Of a stretch of 31,807 nucleotides of DNA, positions 26,122 to 31,807 are shown piece after piece (position 1 is the first letter of the stretch; every line of letters begins with the position of its first letter). The notes under the pieces were generated by a model. The model worked only from the letters and a program-made list of their open reading frames with translations. It did no database searches and was not told where the DNA came from. Source of the stretch: a virus (lineage: Duplodnaviria > Caudoviricetes). Position numbers and translations under genes: made by a program. The DNA lies in the IMG/VR virus record IMGVR_UViG_3300010376_000097, positions 1 to 31,807 of that record; one strand, given 5' to 3'.

Positions 26122-26631
26122 TCAGGTTATAGGGCCTTGAGCTTGGGGCCTGTTGCAGCTGAGCAAGACCTGATTGGTCCCCGGCACGTTGTTCGCCGTC
26201 AGGCTGGTAGCGCCCAGGATCATCTTGCCGGCGACGACGCCGCCGACGACCTGACCTGCGGCGCCGATGGAGGCAGCGCCGGCAGCCGCGAAGGTGCCGG
26301 TGGTGGCGGCAATCGCGACACCGCCGATCTGATACCACCCGTATTGGTTGGCCAGGATCGCCGCGGTGGCGAAGGCCACAGGAAGACCCTGGAGGGTGGT
26401 GTTGGGCAGCAACGTCGTCTGGAAGGTGGGCAGATTGCCCGCGGTGACGCCGCCCCAAATCACGGCGGAGCCAACCACGGTGTTGGCCACGCCCTGCAAG
26501 TAAATGAACTCACCAGAGCCATAGCTCGGGTCGTCCGCCCTGACGATTGTGCCAGGGGCAACAGCGGCAGCACTGCCGATCGAGCCGATCGCCGGCAGCC
26601 CCGCCTGGTTTTCTCTGATGATGAAAGCCAT
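26122..26631 (-). CDS. Capsid cement/decoration protein
   Basis: Directly after MCP; GEFIYL.G, YGWYQI.G motifs. Confidence 0.75.
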   Translation of the reverse strand: MAFIIRENQAGLPAIGSIGSAAAVAPGTIVRADDPSYGSGEFIYLQGVANTVVGSAVIWGGVTAGNLPTFQTTLLPNTTLQGLPVAFATAAILANQYGWYQIGGVAIAATTGTFAAAGAASIGAAGQVVGGVVAGKMILGATSLTANNVPGTNQVLLSCNRPQAQGPIT

Positions 26632-26686
26632 AGCCTAGCTCCTTGATGCGGGGGGTTAGCCCGCTGATGCGGGTTGCGTAAGGTGA

Positions 26687-26849
26687 TCAGGCTGTGATGA
26701 CGCCCTGCAAGAAACGATTGGACATCGTCAAGTTACCGGCCCAGCCAATTAGTTTGATCATCGCATCTTGATTGATCGAGAAGCGATTCGGATCTAGCGG
26801 GACCATGTTCCGGCGGGTGTGCGGGCGGTAGAAAAGGTAGTTCGTGTTG
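26687..26849 (-). CDS. Major capsid protein exon 2
   Basis: NTNYLFYRPH...NQDAMIKLIGWAGNLTMSNRFLQGVITA-stop, a capsid C-terminus without its own start; not in ORF track. Confidence 0.92.
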
Positions 26850-27602
26850 CAAGCTGTTAGCCCCTAATGTAATCTCTGTCACGAGCCTACATTAAGTCGG
26901 CTGGTCATTTCTGCCAGCCTCTGCATGTTCCCATGCAGATCGGAGCACATCTTCCCTTTCGGGGCTGGCCCATGCTCTCTACGCACGCCCGGCGATTACT
27001 CGCCTGCTTGGTTCGGGATTACCCTTCCGCGCCCTTTCGGGCCGGGCATCGGGTTTCCCCCGACTTCGCCAGCATATCGTCTGCTTCTCTCGGAAGAGGC
27101 GAACATGCTTGATGTTCGATATGTGGCTGGCCTCTTCGATGGTGATGGCTATGTCAGGATCAATCGGTGGGAGAAGCCGGAAAGCACGCATATCCGGTAC
27201 AACATCCACGCTGGCATCAACATGACCCATCGTCCCATCATCGAGGACTTGCATCGACAGTTCGCCGGCAATCTGCACAAGACCCGGCGCCCATCGATAA
27301 AGCCGACGCATCGAACGCTCTACAGTTGGACTGTCACAAGCGCCGCCGCTGCGGCGTTCCTGCGGCTGATCCGTCCGCACTGCATCGTCAAGGCGGATGA
27401 GATCGATATCGCCCTTAAGCTTCAGGACTCAATCGATGAGTGGAATCACCGCCTTGGCTGGCATTACGGTGTGCATCCTCGGCGACCAGAGATAAGAGCT
27501 TATCGCGAGAGGTTGTTCGCCGAGATTGCAGAACTCAAACGTGTTCGCTTCGATCCTACTTAGGCAGCGAGCCCATGCGGCAGATCGTCGTTTGCCGCGT
27601 TA
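26850..27602 (-). ncRNA. Group I self-splicing intron (753 nt)
   Basis: 5' exon ends in U, intron ends in G; P3 GCUGGC/GCCAGC, P4 UCGGG/CCCGA, P7 GAGCA/UGCUC, P8 CCC-GAAA-GGG, P9 CUGCAUG-GGAA-CAUGCAG; removal restores the frame. Confidence 0.93.
27105..27563 (+). CDS. Single-motif LAGLIDADG homing endonuclease, antisense within the intron
   Basis: YVAGLFDGDG motif, FL..I.PHCIVK; SD GAGG before ATG 27105. Confidence 0.92.
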   Translation: MLDVRYVAGLFDGDGYVRINRWEKPESTHIRYNIHAGINMTHRPIIEDLHRQFAGNLHKTRRPSIKPTHRTLYSWTVTSAAAAAFLRLIRPHCIVKADEIDIALKLQDSIDEWNHRLGWHYGVHPRRPEIRAYRERLFAEIAELKRVRFDPT

Positions 27603-28471
27603 AGCGCGTACATATGATTAGTTGGTGCGCCGGCACCAGAGAGCCACGAGCCGCCCGTGCCGAGAGCGGAGACGTTACCCGCAGCATTGCCTTGAAAACC
27701 GCCGTCATACACAACATCGGCCTGCATGAATTTGAGCCTCATGAAGCCGGCCATGCCGTCGTCTTCCTGCTGTATTCTCTGTATCGCCTGGAGGCTTTCC
27801 AAGTAATACCGAAAATACGTATTATCCGCGATCCAGAGGTCGGGGTAGTCCTGCCCTCGCGCCTGGTTGAGCCAGGTGCGATTCATCATCGTCTGCATGG
27901 TCGAGGCGCCCGGCGTCAAACCCGCGGTGGCGAAGGACGAGACGTTGTCCCTCCAGAAGGCCCACACGCTGGTGTCGATGCCGCCGATCGTGCCGCTGTT
28001 GTTCACGTCAGCGACGAGAAGCTGCAAGCCACCGATCTGCTTGCCGCCCGAAGCGCTGCCGTTTGAGTAGCAGTCGTTGGAGAGGTTGTTCTGGAAGGTG
28101 CGCTCGGCGTTGCCAATGCGCGACTCCAGCAGATTGATCATGCGCTCCTTTCCGTCGTTCTGAATTTCCTCAAGGCCGCTGATCGAGACAGCCACCGCTG
28201 CCTGGGCGATCGGGAACTGTGCAGCCGTGAAGACATCGCTGGGACTTACATTGAGAATATCATAGCCCGAATATCTCTGATAAGTCCCATTTTCGGAATA
28301 TTCCATTTCCTGCACTATAGCCTGACCGCCATCAAATGTTCTGATGTTGCCTTTTCTTTGAAGGCGGCGTAGAAGTGCGTTGTTCTTGGTCACGTTGTCG
28401 GCGAGTTCACCACTTCTGTTGAAAAGTGTAGTCGTGGTGATTTCTCCCCAGTTGACATTTGGGATAGCCAT
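27603..28471 (-). CDS. Major capsid protein exon 1 (spliced product 343 aa)
   Basis: LADNV..NNALL, YSGYD.L, SISGLEE.QN.G.E..I.LLE.R capsid motifs; SD GAGGAG. Confidence 0.93.
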
Positions 28472-28536
28472 GTAATCACTCCTCGGATTACTTGGGGTTG
28501 ACGGAAGACGCGACTATAGAATCGAACTTGGCCGAC

Positions 28537-29838
28537 TCAGTCCTGATCGGCCAGGTGCTGTTCGAGTGCCGCGTCGATGGAGGCGCGAATGCTCTGCCCC
28601 TTTGCGGGTGCTGCCGGCGTCCGACTGGTCGGTCGTCCCGATCCAACGACGCTGGAAGCCGCACGTCGCGCTTGATCCGTCTTATCCCTGGCTGCCAGAG
28701 TTGCGCGTTGACGTTCTGACTGCGCCGCTTGGGTGGCAGCGAACATCTTCGCACGCGTGGCAGGGTTGACGTTGACGGCATCGATATAGAGTTGTTTCAG
28801 CGGAGGGATCTTGCCTGTCGTCTCGCCATAGTGCTTGGCGAGCATGGTCATATAGTCCTCCACCTCGTTGAAGTACGGGTGCAACAGGTTGCCCGTATTG
28901 TCCCGCGCTTCCTTGAACTGGTTGATCGTGGCCATGGCGTTATTGGCCGCTTGGCGCAGCTGCTGATTATAGGCGATCGTCGCCCGCTCCTGTTGCTCCT
29001 GGCGCTCCGCCATGATCATATCGACGCGCGGATCTCTGAACTCGCCACCAGGCTGAGCGAAGCCATTGCCAGCGCCATTGGGCGGCGCAGCCGCGGGCTG
29101 CCCTCCCGCTGCGATTTGGTCGGGCGTGCGGGGGTCGAAGCCGAAGAAATGAGCGATCACCTCGCGCGGCACCTTGTAGCCCTCCGCGATGCCGCGGAGC
29201 ATGCGGGCCGCGCTCTCCGGACCCTGGAGCATTGCCCTCTCGCAATTCGCCCAGCCTTCGATCAATAACCTGGGGGTGTAGCCAGCTGCCTGGATCGCCG
29301 GCAAATCGGGTTCGAGCATCTGGTGGATCGGGCCATATTCATTGACGAAGGCCGAGAGCCCCTGCGTCTTCTTGAAATAGGCGCGATCCATCTCCCCGGC
29401 GCGATCGACAAGGAAGTCCTGCACCTCCGGAGTCTGGTGACTGAGGAACTCCTTATGATCCTGCCGCCAGTTAGCTGTGAGCTTCTGGAGGCGAACCTCG
29501 CGCGATTCCCTCTTTGGCTCGGCAGGCTGTTCCTCTGGCGCGGGCTCTTCGGGGCGCCGCTCCTGGGGCTGCGGCTTCGGTTCCGGCCCCTCAGGCTGGC
29601 GCTCTTCGCCCTCCTGCGGGAGGAAGCGTCCCTTCTCGTCACGCGGGCGATCCTCCGGGCGCCGCTCGATGCCCTCCGACAGATCGTCCTTGTCGAGGTC
29701 GTCCGCGGGTGGACGCCTATCGGTCCTTTCGGGGCGACTGGTGTCCACCTCGTCGGCAGGCTCGCGCTCCGCCTCGTCCAACGCCTCCGCCAGCCGCTCG
29801 CGGATGGAAGGGGTCGGCTTATCGTCGTCGTCAGCCAT
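28537..29838 (-). CDS. Putative capsid scaffolding protein
   Basis: Acidic disordered N-terminus with RDEKGRF, helical core, directly upstream of MCP. Confidence 0.75.
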   Translation of the reverse strand: MADDDDKPTPSIRERLAEALDEAEREPADEVDTSRPERTDRRPPADDLDKDDLSEGIERRPEDRPRDEKGRFLPQEGEERQPEGPEPKPQPQERRPEEPAPEEQPAEPKRESREVRLQKLTANWRQDHKEFLSHQTPEVQDFLVDRAGEMDRAYFKKTQGLSAFVNEYGPIHQMLEPDLPAIQAAGYTPRLLIEGWANCERAMLQGPESAARMLRGIAEGYKVPREVIAHFFGFDPRTPDQIAAGGQPAAAPPNGAGNGFAQPGGEFRDPRVDMIMAERQEQQERATIAYNQQLRQAANNAMATINQFKEARDNTGNLLHPYFNEVEDYMTMLAKHYGETTGKIPPLKQLYIDAVNVNPATRAKMFAATQAAQSERQRATLAARDKTDQARRAASSVVGSGRPTSRTPAAPAKGQSIRASIDAALEQHLADQD

Positions 29839-29871
29839 GTTTCGTTCCTGTGGATATGTTCCCGTGAAACA

Positions 29872-30132
29872 TCAGCGAGCGGCGCCCGTGGCCCCCGTTG
29901 CCCCCGTTGCCCCGGTATCGCCGGCAGGCGGCGGCTCCGTCGCCTCGACGGCGGCTTTCACGCGGCCCATGGCGGCGCCCACCTTCAGGTCGTTCGCCCA
30001 GTGATCCACGATGCCGGCGGTCTTCATCAGTTCGAGAAGCTCCTTGGCGGCGTCGTGAAGCTCGTCGGTGGCGGCATCGCGTGTGCTTGGGCCGGCGGCC
30101 CCGGTGACGGTGGTGCGAGTGACGGTGACCAT
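29872..30132 (-). CDS. Small protein with short collagen-like tail
   Basis: SD AGGAG; GDT(GAT)3GAA. Confidence 0.65.
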   Translation of the reverse strand: MVTVTRTTVTGAAGPSTRDAATDELHDAAKELLELMKTAGIVDHWANDLKVGAAMGRVKAAVEATEPPPAGDTGATGATGATGAAR

Positions 30133-30143
30133 GGCTTTCTCCT

Positions 30144-30181
30144 GTGAATGGAAAATCAGTTGCGTGAACGGAAAATCAGTT
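30144..30181. repeat. 18-bp direct repeat, 2 copies, period 20
   Basis: GTGAA(T/C)GGAAAATCAGTT at 30144 and 30164. Confidence 0.85.
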
Positions 30182-30578
30182 ACTCTTCCTCGTCGCCGAG
30201 ATCCTCGCCCACCTGGCGCGCGGAGCGCTTGATGGCATTGCGGACGCTCTTGCCCTTCGGCGGAGCTTCCTCCTCTTCTTCCTCGGGTTCGTGAGGCTCA
30301 ACGTGGAGCTTGTGCATCTGCACGCGAACGCGGCTGTCCTTGCCGTTGTCGCCGGGACCGACGCTGTCAACGACGCCATGGCCGCGGAACTTCACGGGCG
30401 TATTGCGCCCCGGCGGCTGGTCGCCAAACATCTTCTGGGCGTGGTCCCCGCTCACATGAAAGGAGGCGTCGGGCGGATAGTCGCTGGGCGGGCCGCCGAT
30501 GATGAAGCCCGCCCTGCCCTTGCCTTCGCTCTTGCCGCCCTTCGATGCGCGCTTCAGATCAACCAATTTGCTACCCAT
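30180..30578 (-). CDS. Capsid staple-like protein (epsilon15 gp10-like)
   Basis: KLVDLKR...YP...PP...V.SV...RV.VQ pattern; SD AAGGAG. Confidence 0.5.
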   Translation of the reverse strand: MGSKLVDLKRASKGGKSEGKGRAGFIIGGPPSDYPPDASFHVSGDHAQKMFGDQPPGRNTPVKFRGHGVVDSVGPGDNGKDSRVRVQMHKLHVEPHEPEEEEEEAPPKGKSVRNAIKRSARQVGEDLGDEEE

Positions 30579-30921
30579 CGATCTCTCCTTCCGTACCGGC
30601 GACCTTCCTGCCGCCGCCCTGGCTGACTTGCTCATAGGCTCGCTCGATCGCGTCCCGGCGGCTCTGCGTGGTCATGGCGGAGCTTTCCGGCGCCTGGTCG
30701 AGCGGCTGTCCGCGGCTGTACTCATTTCCAACCTCGATGAGCCTGTGGGCTCGGAGATGATCCCTGTGGGCAGAGCGGGAGTGGATTCTTTCCCCGGTGA
30801 ACATCGAGCGGTATGGGTCGATGTCGCGCATAATGAGCGGTGCCAGGGGGCGCGGGCGCGGTGCGTTTGGATCGTACTCGGCCCAGCGAAAACTCTCACG
30901 ATCCCAGAAGTACTTGGGCAC
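30571..30921 (-). CDS. Conserved phage protein (GTG start)
   Basis: SD AAGGAG; DI.PY.S..TGE.I.SRS.HR.HL......EVGNE. Confidence 0.75.
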   Translation of the reverse strand: MPKYFWDRESFRWAEYDPNAPRPRPLAPLIMRDIDPYRSMFTGERIHSRSAHRDHLRAHRLIEVGNEYSRGQPLDQAPESSAMTTQSRRDAIERAYEQVSQGGGRKVAGTEGEIDG

Positions 30922-30951
30922 ATTGGCTCCTTCCTGATAGTATTCGATCCC

Positions 30952-31404
30952 ATGCCATACAGCGATCCGGAGAAACGACGAGCCTGTTGGCGGCGCTACG
31001 CCAAGAGTGAACGGGGTCGCGAATCTGCGCGGAGATACCGGACTTCGGCCAAAGGGCAAGCCACATACAAGGCTTGTCTGGAGCGGTGGTGCGCTACCTC
31101 CGAGGGCAGAGCATCACGAAGAGAGGCCAGCAGGAAATACGAGGCGAAGCCTAAGAGTGAGGCCGTCCAGGAACGCAAGCGTGAGCGTGACCGGCTTTAT
31201 CGCAAGGCCAATCGAGACAAGAAACGAGCGCAGCACATTCTCCAGCGCGCCGTGAAGCGTGGCCTTATCCAGAGCCACCCCTGCGAAGCCTGTGGCGCCC
31301 CGGCTGAAGCACATCACGATGACTATTCCAAGCCGCTTGAGGTACGATGGCTCTGTCACAGCCATCACTCCTGGCACCATCGGGGCCACGGGCCTTACGT
31401 TTAG
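30952..31404 (+). CDS. HNH-like endonuclease, antisense to the virion operon
   Basis: CEACG..AEAHHDDYSKPLEVRWLC..HH; basic helical N-terminus. Confidence 0.85.
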   Translation: MPYSDPEKRRACWRRYAKSERGRESARRYRTSAKGQATYKACLERWCATSEGRASRREASRKYEAKPKSEAVQERKRERDRLYRKANRDKKRAQHILQRAVKRGLIQSHPCEACGAPAEAHHDDYSKPLEVRWLCHSHHSWHHRGHGPYV

Positions 31405-31807
31405 GCGTTGCCATAAGGACCAAGGAGCATCCCCAGCCTGGCGAGCGCATAGGCGCGCTGCCGATCGGAACCGCCGCGCTCTCCCATCCGAGAAACGCCC
31501 TGACCTGGCGCCAGGCCGCCCGCGCGTGCGATCGGCGTGCTGGTTCCGCCGCCGCCGAAGAGGCCGCCGATCGCGTTGGAGATGTCTGCGGCAGTGATGC
31601 CCGTGCCGAGAATCCCGCCGCCGCCCGTGCCGGGGCCGGCGGCTGATGTGGGGCCGGTGGTGGCGCCACCAGCGCCAGCTAGGGTCGGGCCGCCGAAGCC
31701 GGGGGCACTACCCCCGCCCAGAATCACGTCGCCAATTCCTAGCTTGTTGGCAAGCTGGCCCGCCCCAAATCCCAGACCGGGGACACCCAAGGCTGTGCCC
31801 AAGATAC
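31401..31807 (-). CDS. Gly-rich protein, 5' end outside window
   Basis: Open frame reaching the window edge. Confidence 0.6.
   Translation of the reverse strand, partial: ILGTALGVPGLGFGAGQLANKLGIGDVILGGGSAPGFGGPTLAGAGGATTGPTSAAGPGTGGGGILGTGITAADISNAIGGLFGGGGTSTPIARAGGLAPGQGVSRMGERGGSDRQRAYALARLGMLLGPYGNA

Noticed and set aside
26925-27104. 60-aa N-terminal extension of the LAGLIDADG ORF
   Set aside because: Antisense to the ribozyme core; SD and motif position support ATG 27105.
26850-27602. Intein or group II intron
   Set aside because: In-frame stop, no Cys/His-Asn ends, no GUGYG/AY ends; group I core present.
27500-27610. A real tmRNA gene or fragment at the tag sequence
   Set aside because: No tRNA-like ends, T-loop/CCA or pseudoknots nearby; the flanks are capsid exon and antisense HEG.

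Overview
GC-rich tailed-phage (or prophage) segment with podovirus-type virion genes; an alphaproteobacterial host is inferred, not shown. Left (1-11.6 kb): divergent early region with a RuvC-like resolvase, an HNH, two ParB/Srx-like genes opposite a Cro/YdaS gene, then a Cas4-like exonuclease, putative annealing protein, Rad50/SbcC-like ATPase and many small genes. Right (11.6-31.8 kb, minus strand): staple, scaffold, major capsid, decoration, adaptor, nozzle, GNAT, ejection proteins, tail fibre and a polysaccharide-lyase-like protein. Terminase, portal, lysis and integrase genes are not seen. Main observation: the major capsid gene is split by a 753-nt group I intron (27602-26850) carrying an antisense LAGLIDADG gene. 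The first intron codons, read in frame with exon 1, encode AANDDLPHGLAA-stop, a close mimic of the tmRNA/SsrA degradation tag, and the same bases appear to form P1/IGS. Unspliced mRNA would therefore yield a capsid fragment pre-tagged for proteolysis. All calls come from motif recognition by eye; no searches were run.
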